From assembly GCA_963828165.1 (NCBI GenBank), contig CAWHDR010000001.1, positions 96,001-160,000 on the forward strand: 64,000 nt of DNA, in the 5' to 3' direction. This stretch comes from an uncultured Chloroflexia bacterium (lineage in GTDB: Bacteria; Chloroflexota; Limnocylindria; Limnocylindrales; CSP1-4). A program made the translations under genes and the position numbers. This document shows positions 40,563 through 50,647 of the stretch, piece after piece. A model generated the notes under the pieces. The model made no database searches. It saw nothing but the letters and a program-made list of their open reading frames with translations, and was not told the DNA's origin. How positions within the stretch are numbered: the first letter of the stretch is position 1; the number at the start of each line of letters is the position of its first letter.

Positions 40563-41579
40563 TCAGCCGCCGACGCGCACGATCCAACGGCCGCGGGCCT
40601 CCCCGGCCAGGATCCCGTCGAGCGCCCCGTCCAGGGTGTCGAGCGTCACCTCGGTCACGTGCTCGCCGAGCGATCGCGGCCGCAGATCCGTCGCGAGCCG
40701 ATCCCAGATGGCGCGGCGTCGATCGATCGCGAGCTGGGCCGAGTCCATGCCGAGCAACGCGACGCCTCGGAGGATGAACGGGAACACGGTGGTATCGAGC
40801 TTGGGGCCGGATGCGTTGCCGCTTGCCGCGACGGCGGCACCGGTCCGCAGGGTCCGCAGCACGTACGGAAGCGTGGCCGCGCCGACCGCGTCGACGGCCC
40901 CGGCCCACCGTTCCGACTCGAGCGGCTTCCCAGCGGCGGTCACCTCATCGCGCGTCAGGATCCCGGCCGCACCGAGGCCCCGCAGGCGGTCGGCTTCATC
41001 GGGTTTGCCGGTCGCAGCCCAGACCTCATACCCAAGGTCGGCCAGGATCGCGAGGGCCGTCCCACCGACCCCGCCGCTGGCCCCGGTCACGAGCACTGGC
41101 CCATCGCCAGGCTGCAGGCCGCGTTCCTGGAGTGCCACCACCGACATCGCCGCGGTGAAACCTGCCGTGCCGATCGCCATGGCGTCGCGCTCGGTGAGGC
41201 CGCCGATCAGGGGTACGACCCAGCCGGCCGGCACGCGCTGGTACTCGCTGTAGCCACCGTGCCGGGCCACGCCCAGGTCATAGCCATGAGCCACGACCGA
41301 CGAGCCCACCGTGATCCCCGGTTCTTTCGACGCGACGACCTTCCCGGCCAGGTCGATGCCGGGGATGATCGGGTTGATCCGCGCGACCTTGCCGTCCGCC
41401 CGCGTCGCCAGGCCATCCTTGTAGTTGACGCTCGACCAGCCGACCTGGATCTCGACCTCGCCCGGTGGCAGATCCGCGGCGGCAAACTCGCGTACGCCGC
41501 GGTTGACGCTCACGGTGCCGTCGGTCGGATCGACCTTCTCCGCCACGTAGGCGCGGAACATCGTCGGGATGTCGGTCAC
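40563..41579 (-). CDS. Acryloyl-CoA reductase / YhdH-YhfP family quinone oxidoreductase
   Basis: SSVNYKD, PGIDLAG, IGTAGFTA, TGASGGVG, TVFPFILRGV. Confidence 0.9.
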   Translation of the reverse strand: MTDIPTMFRAYVAEKVDPTDGTVSVNRGVREFAAADLPPGEVEIQVGWSSVNYKDGLATRADGKVARINPIIPGIDLAGKVVASKEPGITVGSSVVAHGYDLGVARHGGYSEYQRVPAGWVVPLIGGLTERDAMAIGTAGFTAAMSVVALQERGLQPGDGPVLVTGASGGVGGTALAILADLGYEVWAATGKPDEADRLRGLGAAGILTRDEVTAAGKPLESERWAGAVDAVGAATLPYVLRTLRTGAAVAASGNASGPKLDTTVFPFILRGVALLGMDSAQLAIDRRRAIWDRLATDLRPRSLGEHVTEVTLDTLDGALDGILAGEARGRWIVRVGG

Positions 41580-41619
41580 CCCCGAAGGGTAGCGCGACCG
41601 GATCGGGGCTCGCCGTGCG

Positions 41620-42129
41620 CTAGCGCCGCTTGAACAGCTCCTGGTAGCGCTGTCGGAACATGTCGATCTGCGCCTGCGTATCGTGCCATTCGGCGGTATC
41701 GGGCGGGATCTCGATCATCCGGCGTTCCGCGGCGCGCCACTCCGCGAGGACCTCGCCCGCCGTGTAGACGGTCGGCGGTCGCTCGGTCGGACCGGCGACT
41801 GGCTCGAGCATGGCGAGGAATCGACCGTTCTCGATCGGCGTGATCCCGAACTTCACGCGGATGCTCGTGCCATCAAGCCGCCGCATCGTGGCCTCACCGC
41901 CGAGATCGGGTGAACCCTGGCTCTCCCATTGCTCGCGGAAGGCGGCTTGCGCTGCGGGATCCGTGGGCTCGGGTGACAGGGCGCCCGGCGGTAGTGCGCG
42001 CAGCTGCTCGAGCGTCAGGCCCAGCAGTTCGAGGGCAGCCGGACTCGCATCAGCGGTGGTGCCATCCGCATTGATGACCATGGTGGCCACTGACGATCCG
42101 ATTCCTCGTGCAGGCTCAAGCCCGGCCAT
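41620..42129 (-). CDS. PAS-like domain protein with C-terminal helical hairpin
   Basis: ASPAALELLG, RRLDGTSIRV PAS features; start uncertain. Confidence 0.6.
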   Translation of the reverse strand: MAGLEPARGIGSSVATMVINADGTTADASPAALELLGLTLEQLRALPPGALSPEPTDPAAQAAFREQWESQGSPDLGGEATMRRLDGTSIRVKFGITPIENGRFLAMLEPVAGPTERPPTVYTAGEVLAEWRAAERRMIEIPPDTAEWHDTQAQIDMFRQRYQELFKRR

Positions 42130-42231
42130 TTCGGCGCGGTTCGTTCCAGGGTCTTCCGAGTGCCGGCTGAGTATGGCCGGGCAAACGACCGCTGCCAAGG
42201 GGTCGAAACCGGTCAGAAACGATCACGACGG

Positions 42232-43101
42232 TCAGGCAGGCGTGGGCGTCGCTGTCGGGGTCGGCGTCGGTGTCGGGGTCGGCGTGGGAACCGGCGTGGG
42301 TACGGGAGTCGGGCGTGGCGTCGGCGTGGGCGTCGGGCGCGGCGTCGGCGTGGGCGTCGGGCGCGGCGTCGGCGTGGGGGCCGGCGTGTTCTGCTCCCGC
42401 CACAGGAACTGTCGCAGCGTGAGGCCGCTCGCCCGGATCTTCGCAGCGCGTGTGCGGCCGACGTAGCGGTAATGCCACGGTTCGTACGTGTAGCAGGTGA
42501 CCGCGGTCTTGCCCTTGGGGTACGACATGATGAAGCCGTACTTGTGGGCATTGGCCTTCAGCCATGCACCCGCTTTGGTCGTGGCCCAGTCCGTGTAGTT
42601 CCAGGGCGCGCCACCACCGTAACTCCGGAGGTCGACGGTCGTACCGAGCTGGTGCTCGCTATGGCCGGCCCGGGCGCTCTCCTTGAGGGCGACGGCGTAG
42701 CCGTGAACGCGGACCCAGTAATCGAACGTCGACTTCTGGGTCGCATAGCTGCGATACGCCGACTGCACGGAGAACCGCGCACCAGCACGCCGCGCAGCCT
42801 CGGCCATCAGCTTGAGATCGGCGACGACGTGGCGTCGCACGAGGAAGCCGGAGTTGAGGCTCGCGTTGGAGGTCGAGCGAAGGTCGGTCGGCTTGTAGTT
42901 GCTCGACAGACGGTAGGTCTGGTCCAGGAGCGACTTGGCCCAGTCGCCGTAGAGCCGGTGTTTCGTCAGGGTGTCGGCGACCCGGCACGACGGCAACGCG
43001 GGCGCGGCCGAGACCGACACGGTGGCGGCAAACCCGGTCACCAGGACCGCGACGAGCAGCAGGGCGACGAGCCGGGGGCGTCGATCGTGGGCGGATGTCA
43101 T
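42232..43101 (-). CDS. M15 family D-Ala-D-Ala carboxypeptidase (VanY-like), secreted
   Basis: SAYRSY..Q, SARAGHSEHQLGTTVD, EPWH; signal peptide; PT-repeat tail. Confidence 0.92.
   Translation of the reverse strand: MTSAHDRRPRLVALLLVAVLVTGFAATVSVSAAPALPSCRVADTLTKHRLYGDWAKSLLDQTYRLSSNYKPTDLRSTSNASLNSGFLVRRHVVADLKLMAEAARRAGARFSVQSAYRSYATQKSTFDYWVRVHGYAVALKESARAGHSEHQLGTTVDLRSYGGGAPWNYTDWATTKAGAWLKANAHKYGFIMSYPKGKTAVTCYTYEPWHYRYVGRTRAAKIRASGLTLRQFLWREQNTPAPTPTPRPTPTPTPRPTPTPTPRPTPVPTPVPTPTPTPTPTPTATPTPA
42241..42381 (-). repeat. Pro-Thr coding tandem repeat in the M15 peptidase tail
   Basis: PTPTPRPT units encoded by 6/24-bp repeats. Confidence 0.8.
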
Positions 43102-43225
43102 GCCCCCACGATGTCAGCGCGCACCACCCCCGTCCACTCCCCCGAACGTACCGGCGGCCACCGGTCCCGAGGCGCCTGTCAGGTGGTCCCGAAGGGCCGA
43201 TGCGGTATCATCTCGGCCGCTCCAC

Positions 43226-43300
43226 TGGCGAGTGGCCAAGCGGTAAGGCGCCTGACTCTGGATCAGGAGATCGAAGGTTCGAATCCTTCCTCGCCAGCCA
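43226..43300 (+). tRNA. tRNA-Gln (anticodon CTG)
   Basis: TGGCGAG acceptor stem, CCTGA-CTCTGGA-TCAGG anticodon arm, GGTTCGAATCC, encoded CCA; TATCAT -10 upstream. Confidence 0.97.
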
Positions 43301-43519
43301 CACCACGTGCCTCAAGGCACGGGCCTGATGGGCTATCAAGAACGGCTCCGGCCCAGGTGTGAGGGGCGCGCGACTCGTGTTCCGCTCGGCCAGCGACCGC
43401 CGTCCCCCGCCACCAGCAGGCCGCGTGCAACGGCCTTCGCGCACGTATCTCGGACGATCCGCCTGGGACGATCAGTGAACCGCCGCTATGCTCAAGTTGA
43501 TGCTGCCGATGGTCCACCC

Positions 43520-44329
43520 ATGACCGACCCTCTCGTCCTGGAGGCCGCGGACGCCCGGCTGACCGTGAGCGCCATGGACGGCGGTCGGATGACATCGCTC
43601 GTGGTTCGGGGGTACGAGCTTCTCGTCACCACGGGCGACGGGCCGATCATGTGGGGCGCCTACCCGCTCGCGCCGTTCGCCGGGCGGATCCGCGACGGAC
43701 GGTTTCGGTTTGACGACATTGAGGTGGAGCTTCCGATCAATCTTCCACCCCACGCGATCCACGGCACCGTCTTCGAACGAGCCTGGCGCGTGGAAGGCCC
43801 CGACACGATATCGACGGACCTCGGCCCCGACTGGCCTTTCCGAGGGCGGGTCGTGCAACAGTTCCGCCTCGACGCCCACGGGCTCAACGTCGCACTCCGA
43901 CTCGAGGCCGAGGAGCGGATGCCCGCCACGATCGGCTGGCATCCATGGTTCGTGCGTCGGCTACTGGGAACCGATGCCGACGTCGAACTACGGTTCGAGG
44001 CGGAACGGATGTACGAGCGCGACCTATCCGGCCTACCGACCGGGCGCCTGGTCATGCCTAAACCGGGGCCATGGGATGACTGCTTCGTCGGCCTGCGCGC
44101 GGCTCCGCGGCTCACCTGGCCGGGCCACCTCGCTCTCGAGCTGCGATCGACGTCCGACCACTGGGTCGCGTACACGGAACTCGGCCACGCCCTGTGCGTG
44201 GAGCCCCAAACCGGACCTCCCGATGACGTCAACCTCGGAACGAGCGGCATGGTGGAGCGCGGCGACACCCTTGAGGTTGAGATGAGCTGGTTGTGGTGGT
44301 CTGCCGGGGAGCCGGCTCCGTCACGATAG
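43520..44329 (+). CDS. Aldose 1-epimerase family protein
   Basis: LAPFAGRIRDGRF, HAIHG, GWHPWF, CVEPQT. Confidence 0.88.
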   Translation: MTDPLVLEAADARLTVSAMDGGRMTSLVVRGYELLVTTGDGPIMWGAYPLAPFAGRIRDGRFRFDDIEVELPINLPPHAIHGTVFERAWRVEGPDTISTDLGPDWPFRGRVVQQFRLDAHGLNVALRLEAEERMPATIGWHPWFVRRLLGTDADVELRFEAERMYERDLSGLPTGRLVMPKPGPWDDCFVGLRAAPRLTWPGHLALELRSTSDHWVAYTELGHALCVEPQTGPPDDVNLGTSGMVERGDTLEVEMSWLWWSAGEPAPSR

Positions 44330-44348
44330 GAACACGTCCCAGTCGGAC

Positions 44349-45832
44349 TCACATCCGGTGGAAGGCCGGTGCCAGCGACGGGTAGAGGCCCCGATAGATG
44401 TCGAGGGCGTCCGCGTACTGCGCCGCGTCCGGTCCCGGCTCGGCGATCGGGGTGGCCCTGACCAGTGCTGCGCCGGCTGCCTCGACGGAGCCAAACCAGC
44501 CAGCCCCGACCGCCGCGAGCAACCCCGCGCCGTACGCCGCCCCCTCGGTCGTGTGGACGGTGGCGATCTCGGCCCCCAGGACATCGGCGAGGATCTGGCG
44601 CCAGAGCGGGCTCGCCGTTCCCCCACCGGATGCGCGCACCTGCGACGGCGCCGGCATCCCCGTCGCCAGCACCTGGTCGAGGCCGTCGCGCAGCCCGAAC
44701 GCCACGCCCTCCAGCACCGACCGGGTGAGATGCCGGCGGTCGTGGCCCACGGTCAGCCCGACGAACGCGCCACGCGCGAGCGGGTCGGCATGGGGGCTCC
44801 GCTCGCCGGTCAGGTGCGGGAGGAACAGCAACCCGTCACTCCCCGCCGGAACCTCCGAGGCCGGCCCGACCAGCTCCCCGAAGTCCACGCCCGGCGCCAG
44901 CGCATCGCGAAACCAGCGCAGGCTGCCGGCGGCTGACAACATCACCGTCATCAGGTGCCACCGATCCGGCACCCCGTGGCAGAACGCCTGGACCTGGCCG
45001 CGTGGATCGCGCAGCGGGGACTCGGTCGTGGCGAAGATGACACCCGACGTCCCGAGCGAGAGGGCGACGACGCCCGGAGTGACCGCTCCGACCCCGACCG
45101 CGTTCGCCGCCTGGTCGCCGCGCCCGCCACGACCGGCGTCCCCTCTCGCAGTCCGGTCACCGCGGCCGCCTCGGCCGTCACCGACCCGGTCACCGCGGGA
45201 CCCTCGAACGTCGGCGGGAGCCACACCGGATCGATCCCGACTGCCGCCACCACCTCCGCCGACCAGTCGCGGGCGGCGAGATCGAACAGGATCGTGCCGG
45301 CGCCGTCGGCCTTGTCGAGCGCGTACTCCCCGGTGAGCCGATGCCGCACGAAGTCCTTCGGCAACAGGACATGGGCGATCCGCTCCCAGACCGCAGGCTC
45401 GTGGTCGCGGACCCAGACGAGCTTCGGCGCCGTGAATCCGGTCAGCGCGTCGTTCCCAGTGATCTCGATCAGCCGCGCCGCGCCGACCGCCTCACGGATC
45501 GCGTCGCATTCGGCGGCCGTCCGTTGGTCGTTCCACAGGATCGCCGGCCGCAGCACCTCCCCCGCCCCATCGAGGAGCACCGCCCCGTGCATCTGGCCCG
45601 TCAACCCAACGGCCGCGATGTCCGCCCCGCCGACGCCGGTCGAGGCGAGAACGGACCGAACCGCCGCGATCGTCCCGTCCCACCACAGCCGCGGGTCCTG
45701 CTCGCTCCAGAGCGGCCGCGGGCTGTCGAAACCGTACTCGGCATGGCCGATCCCGACGACGGCGCCCGCCTCGTCGAGGATGACGGCCTTCGTCGCCGTC
45801 GTCGAAACGTCGATCCCTAGGACGTTGCCCAT
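44349..45832 (-). CDS. xylB: Xylulokinase (frameshift ~45122)
   Basis: LGIDVST, TGQMHG, ILWNDQR, then GGDQAA, SLGTSG, GERSP, GGG; missing G in GGG codons. Confidence 0.9.
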
Positions 45833-45840
45833 CGCCGGGC

Positions 45841-47178
45841 TCAGCGGTCCGCGGCCCAGATCCGCTGGTTGACGAGGTTCTCCAGCCGCTCCTGACCACC
45901 CGAGACGCGACGAGGGTCGATGCTGCCGTTCGCGACTCGCGCCTCGAGCGCCGCGAGGTCGAGCGACCCGTCCATGATCGCGGCGCCGAGCGGCCCGTCC
46001 CAGCCCGCGTACCGCTGGTCACGGAGCTCGGCCAGTTCGCCACGCTCGACCAGGTCGGCCGCGACCAGCAGCGCCTGCGCAAGCGTGTCGAGCGCGCCGA
46101 TATGCGCGTGGAACAGGTCGGTGCGGTCCGTGCTCTGCCGGCGCAGCTTCGCGTCGAAGTTGAAGCCGCCCAGCCCCAGGCCACCCGACCGCAGGATCTC
46201 GAACATCGGCAGGACGAGATCCTCGACCGAGTTCGGGAACTGGTCGGTGTCCCAGCCGTTCTGCGGGTCGCCGCGGTTGGCGTCGACGCTGCCCAGCATC
46301 CCGTTGGCGACGGCGTACGCGATCTCGTGATGGAAGCTGTGGCCGGCGAGGGTCGCGTGGTTCGCCTCGATGTTCGTCTTGTACTCGTCGTCGAGGCCAT
46401 TGCGCGCCAGGAAGCCGTGCACCGTTGCCACGTCGTAGTCGTACTGGTGCTTGGTCGGCTCCATCGGCTTCGGTTCGATGAGCAGCTGGCCCTCGAACCC
46501 GATCCGGTGCTTGTGCTCGGCCACCAGGTGCAGGAAGCGCGCGAGCTGGGCGCCCTCGCGCCGGAGGTCCGTGTTGAGCAGAGTGTCGTAGCCCTCGCGA
46601 CCGCCCCACAGCACGTAGTTCTGGCCACCCAGTCGCTGGGTCACCTCGAGCATGTGCTTCACCTGGGCGGCGGCGTAGGCAAACACCTCCGGATCCGGGT
46701 TCGTGGCGGCGCCCGCCTGGTAGCGCGGATGCGTGAAGAGGTTCGCCGTGCCCCACAGGAGCCGCACGCCCGTGCGCTCCTGGTAGCCGGCCGCGTCGTC
46801 CACGAGCGCGTCGAGATTCGACCGGAAGTCCCCGAAGCCGGACCCTTCCGGCGCGACGTCGCGGTCGTGGAAGCAGTAGTACGGCACGCCGAGCTTGGTG
46901 AAGAACTCGAACGCCACCGCCATCCGGTTCCGGGCCGCATCCATCTCGTCGCCCGTGCCGTCGAGCCACGGCCGATCGAGCGTGCCGGTGCCGAACATGT
47001 CCGCGCCGGGCCAGGCCAACGAGTGCCAGAAACACACGCTGGGCCGGAGGTGGTCCTCCATCCGCTTCCCAAGGACGAGCCGGTCCGGCTGATAGACCTT
47101 GAAGGAGAGTGGGTCCGTCGAATCCAGGCCCCTGAAGGGGATCTGCCCGGCGACATCAGGGAAGAAGTCAGCAGCCAA
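45841..47178 (-). CDS. xylA: Xylose isomerase (class II)
   Basis: [46 protein letters not shown]. Confidence 0.97.
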   Translation of the reverse strand: MAADFFPDVAGQIPFRGLDSTDPLSFKVYQPDRLVLGKRMEDHLRPSVCFWHSLAWPGADMFGTGTLDRPWLDGTGDEMDAARNRMAVAFEFFTKLGVPYYCFHDRDVAPEGSGFGDFRSNLDALVDDAAGYQERTGVRLLWGTANLFTHPRYQAGAATNPDPEVFAYAAAQVKHMLEVTQRLGGQNYVLWGGREGYDTLLNTDLRREGAQLARFLHLVAEHKHRIGFEGQLLIEPKPMEPTKHQYDYDVATVHGFLARNGLDDEYKTNIEANHATLAGHSFHHEIAYAVANGMLGSVDANRGDPQNGWDTDQFPNSVEDLVLPMFEILRSGGLGLGGFNFDAKLRRQSTDRTDLFHAHIGALDTLAQALLVAADLVERGELAELRDQRYAGWDGPLGAAIMDGSLDLAALEARVANGSIDPRRVSGGQERLENLVNQRIWAADR

Positions 47179-47222
47179 TTTGTCAGCTCCTCATACGGGG
47201 CGTCCAGGCCCTGCCCATCGGG

Positions 47223-48758
47223 TCAGGATGTCGCGGCGTCGTCGCCGAGTGCCGCGGGTTCGAATCGCAGCATCGACCAGGAGACCGGGGGCAACGTGAC
47301 CGTGAGCAAGCCATCGACCGCGGTGGCCGGCGATACGCGCCGAGGCGCGACGCGCGCGGGTTCGTTAGTCGTGTTCCGCGCGTGGGGATCGTCGTCAGCC
47401 AGGACGACATGCTCGATGATGCGCATGCCGCCAAAGCCCTCCGAGGCCAGGTCCAGCGAGACCAGGTCCGTGGCGGAGCGGTTCACCATGAATGCCGAGA
47501 CACCACCGGAGGCCGCGTCGTACGTGGCGATCCCGTCCACAGCGGGCACGGGCCCGTGCGCGGCCGTGTCCACCATCGGCACGTCGAGCACCAGCGGCAC
47601 CACCGTTCCGATAGCGTGGCGGGCGGTCAGCGAGAACGGGAAGAAGGTGGTCTGGCGCCATGCCGCTCCGCCTGCCTCGGCTCGGATGGGCGAGATCGCG
47701 TTCACGAGCTGCGCGAGGCAGGCACACGTCACGCGGTCGGCGTGACGCAGGAGGGAGATGAGCACGCCACCCACGACGACGGCATCGGCGACCGAATAGT
47801 CGTCTTCGGACAGGCTCGGTGCCACCGGCCAGTCGCCGCGGGGTGGCCGCGCCTCGAAACGACGCAGGTACCAGACGTTCCACTCGTCGACCGACACCTG
47901 GATGCGCTTGGCGCTGCCGAGCGCGGCACCGACGCCATCCGCCGCCTCGACGACGGTGTCGATGTACCGGTCCAAGACGACGCCAGAGGCCAGGAAGCTG
48001 GCAAGATCACCCGCCTCGTCCTCCTCGAAATAGGCATGCAAGGAGATGTAGTCGACGAGGTCGTACGTGTGCTCGAGGACCGTCCGCTCCCACTCGATGA
48101 AGGTCGGCATCCAGCCGCCCGAGCTGCCGCAGGCCACCAGCTCGAGCCCCGGGTCAAGCATGCGCATCGCGCGCGCGGTTTCGGCCGCGACGCGCCCGTA
48201 CTCGCTCGCCGTCTTGTGCCCGATCTGCCACGGCCCATCCATCTCGTTGCCCAAACACCACATGCGGACGTCGTACGGCGCGCCGCTCCCGTTGGCGATG
48301 CGCTCGTCCGACCGCCTCGTGCCGCCGGGGAAATTCACGTACTCGAGGAGCCCGAGTGCCTCGTCCACGCCGCGCGTCCCGAGGTTGACCGCCAGCATCG
48401 GCTCCACGCCCGCCCGGGCGGCCCAGCGGGCGAACTCGTCCACACCGAACTCGTTGGTCTCCGTCGTGTGCCAGGCGAGATTCAGCCGGCGCGGTCGCGC
48501 TCCACGGGGCCCGATCCCGTCCTCCCAGCGATAGCCGGACACGAAGTTGCCGCCGGGATAGCGGACGACCGTGACGCCGAGCTCGCGGACGAGGTCAAGC
48601 ACGTCCTCGCGGAGCCCGTCGGCGTCGGCGCAGGGGTGGCCGGGCTCATAGATGCCGGTGTAGACGCACCGGCCCATGTGCTCGACGAAGGCGCCGAAGA
48701 GGCGGCGATGCACCTCGCCGATCGGTTCGCCGATCAGGATCTTGGCGCTGGCCTTCAC
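47223..48758 (-). CDS. abfA: Alpha-L-arabinofuranosidase GH51
   Basis: FVEHMGR, RYPGGNF, WCLGNEMDG, DEWNVW, LAQLVN. Confidence 0.93.
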   Translation of the reverse strand: MKASAKILIGEPIGEVHRRLFGAFVEHMGRCVYTGIYEPGHPCADADGLREDVLDLVRELGVTVVRYPGGNFVSGYRWEDGIGPRGARPRRLNLAWHTTETNEFGVDEFARWAARAGVEPMLAVNLGTRGVDEALGLLEYVNFPGGTRRSDERIANGSGAPYDVRMWCLGNEMDGPWQIGHKTASEYGRVAAETARAMRMLDPGLELVACGSSGGWMPTFIEWERTVLEHTYDLVDYISLHAYFEEDEAGDLASFLASGVVLDRYIDTVVEAADGVGAALGSAKRIQVSVDEWNVWYLRRFEARPPRGDWPVAPSLSEDDYSVADAVVVGGVLISLLRHADRVTCACLAQLVNAISPIRAEAGGAAWRQTTFFPFSLTARHAIGTVVPLVLDVPMVDTAAHGPVPAVDGIATYDAASGGVSAFMVNRSATDLVSLDLASEGFGGMRIIEHVVLADDDPHARNTTNEPARVAPRRVSPATAVDGLLTVTLPPVSWSMLRFEPAALGDDAATS

Positions 48759-48783
48759 GACGCGCCCCCGATCCTGTCCCAGT

Positions 48784-49677
48784 TCATTGCGCGCCCGTGC
48801 CCATCGACGCAGTGCCCTCCATGAAGTGCCGTCGCAACACCACGAACAGGAGGATGACGGGCAACGTCGCAAGCGCCGTCCCGGCCAACACGAGGTCGTA
48901 GGACACCTTGTACTGGTTCACCAGGGATGCCAGGCCCACGGCCAGCGGCATGTTCTCCGGCTTGCGGAACACGATCAACGGCCAGAGCAAGTTGTTCCAG
49001 TACTCCAGCGCGAACAGGATGAACATCGTCGCCAGGGCGGGCCTGACGTTGGGCAGCACGACCGACCAGAACATCCGGTATTCGCCTGCCCCATCGACGC
49101 GCGCCGCGTCGAGCATCTGGGTGGGCAGGCCGAGCATGTACTGGCGCATGAAGAAAAGCCCGATGGGATGTGCGGCCAACGGGACGACAGCGCCGAAGTA
49201 CGTCTCGACCAGACGCAGGTTCACGATCAGCAGGAAGAGCGGCACGATCAAGAGCTGGAAAGGCAGCATCTGGGAGGCGAGCACCCCAACGAAGATCACC
49301 GAGCGCCCTCGGAAGCGGAACCTCGCCAGCGCATAGCCGCCCATCGCGCACAGGGATACGGTCAAAGTGGCATACCCGAGCGACTGCACCACCGAGTTGA
49401 AGAACCAATGGACATACGGCGTCTGGTCGAGCAGGCGGGCGTAGTTGTCGAGCGACAGGTCCGTCGGCAACAGCGAGATGTTCGCGCCGAAGATATCGCT
49501 CTGCGGCCTCATCGAGCTCAGGAACATCCAGTACATGGGCACGACGAAGATCACCGCCAGGAGAACGAACAAGATGAGGAGCCCGAGACTCGGGCGACGT
49601 CGGCTGGGCAGCCTTCCTCGCGCTCGCGTTCCCATCAGCCTGACCAGATCGATCGGCGTGCGTCCGGGGGTGCTCAC
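48784..49677 (-). CDS. Carbohydrate ABC transporter permease (AraQ-like)
   Basis: DAARVDGA EAA loop, WNNLLWPL; start 49635-49692. Confidence 0.9.
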   Translation of the reverse strand: MSTPGRTPIDLVRLMGTRARGRLPSRRRPSLGLLILFVLLAVIFVVPMYWMFLSSMRPQSDIFGANISLLPTDLSLDNYARLLDQTPYVHWFFNSVVQSLGYATLTVSLCAMGGYALARFRFRGRSVIFVGVLASQMLPFQLLIVPLFLLIVNLRLVETYFGAVVPLAAHPIGLFFMRQYMLGLPTQMLDAARVDGAGEYRMFWSVVLPNVRPALATMFILFALEYWNNLLWPLIVFRKPENMPLAVGLASLVNQYKVSYDLVLAGTALATLPVILLFVVLRRHFMEGTASMGTGAQ

Positions 49678-50566
49678 CGCTCTGCCCGCCATCCCCCGAA
49701 GAATCGGAATTGAATGAGCGCGACCACCAGGACGACCACGGACAGGAGGACGCCCATCGCGGCGGCTGCACCGAAGTCGAAGGACGTGAATGCCGTCTTG
49801 TAGATCAGGAGGGCGATGGTCATGCCGCCGCCCCCGGGCGAGTTACCGGCGTTCCACAGCACGAATGGCTCGACGAACACCTGGAACCCGCCGATGATCG
49901 ACAGCACGACGACGAACAGGATCGTCGGCTGGATCATCGGCAGCGTGATGCTGCGGAAGATCCGCCAGCTGCCGGCGCCGTCGAGCGCCGCGGCCTCGGT
50001 GATCTCTCGCGGGATGTTCACCAGGCCCGAGCTGAAGTACAGGATGTTGACCCCCGTCCAGCGCCAGGCGGCCATGATGATCAGTGACGGGACAGCCAGG
50101 TCGGCGGCCTCGAGCCACGGCGGAGTCGGGAGACCCACCGATCCCAGTGCGGTGTTCAGGAGACCGTCCTTGGCGAGCACGATGCGGAAGATGATCGCCA
50201 CCGTCACCAGCGAGGTCAGTGCCGGCAGGAACAGTGAGACGCGGAAGACGGTCTGCTTGACGACTCGACCGCTGTCGAGCAATGCGGCGAGGATCAAGGG
50301 CAACGGGATCAGGATCGCGAGCGTCCCGAGCGTGTAGAGCACCGTGTTCAGAAGGCATTTCCCAGCCGGGGATCTTTGATCACGGTGGCGTATTGCGAGA
50401 TCCCGACCCACCCGGTCATGTCCGTGCCTTCCCACTGTTGGAGGCTCATGATCACCGCGTGGACGGAGGGCCAGACGCGGAACACGATGAACACGAGCAG
50501 GAACGGCGCGAGGAAGACATAGGGCGCCAGCCGCCGGTCCAGGAGCACGGAACGCGCTCGGGTCAT
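49674..50566 (-). CDS. Carbohydrate ABC transporter permease (AraP-like; frameshift ~50352)
   Basis: PYVFLAPF N-terminus, WRWTG, EAAALDGA, FQVFVEP. Confidence 0.88.
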
Positions 50567-50584
50567 CGACTGTCCTCGAATGAC

Positions 50585-50615
50585 ACCGGCGCCGCGCAGG
50601 GTGCGCGGCGCCGGT
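50585..50615. terminator. Stem-loop between substrate-binding protein and permease genes
   Basis: accggcgccgcgca-ggg-tgcgcggcgccggt perfect 14-bp stem. Confidence 0.65.
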
Positions 50616-50647
50616 CGGTTTCGCTACTGATGGCTATCCGCACCCAT

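Noticed and set aside
42232-43101. Vancomycin resistance gene vanY
   Set aside because: M15 carboxypeptidases are widespread and no vanHAX or vanRS genes are present
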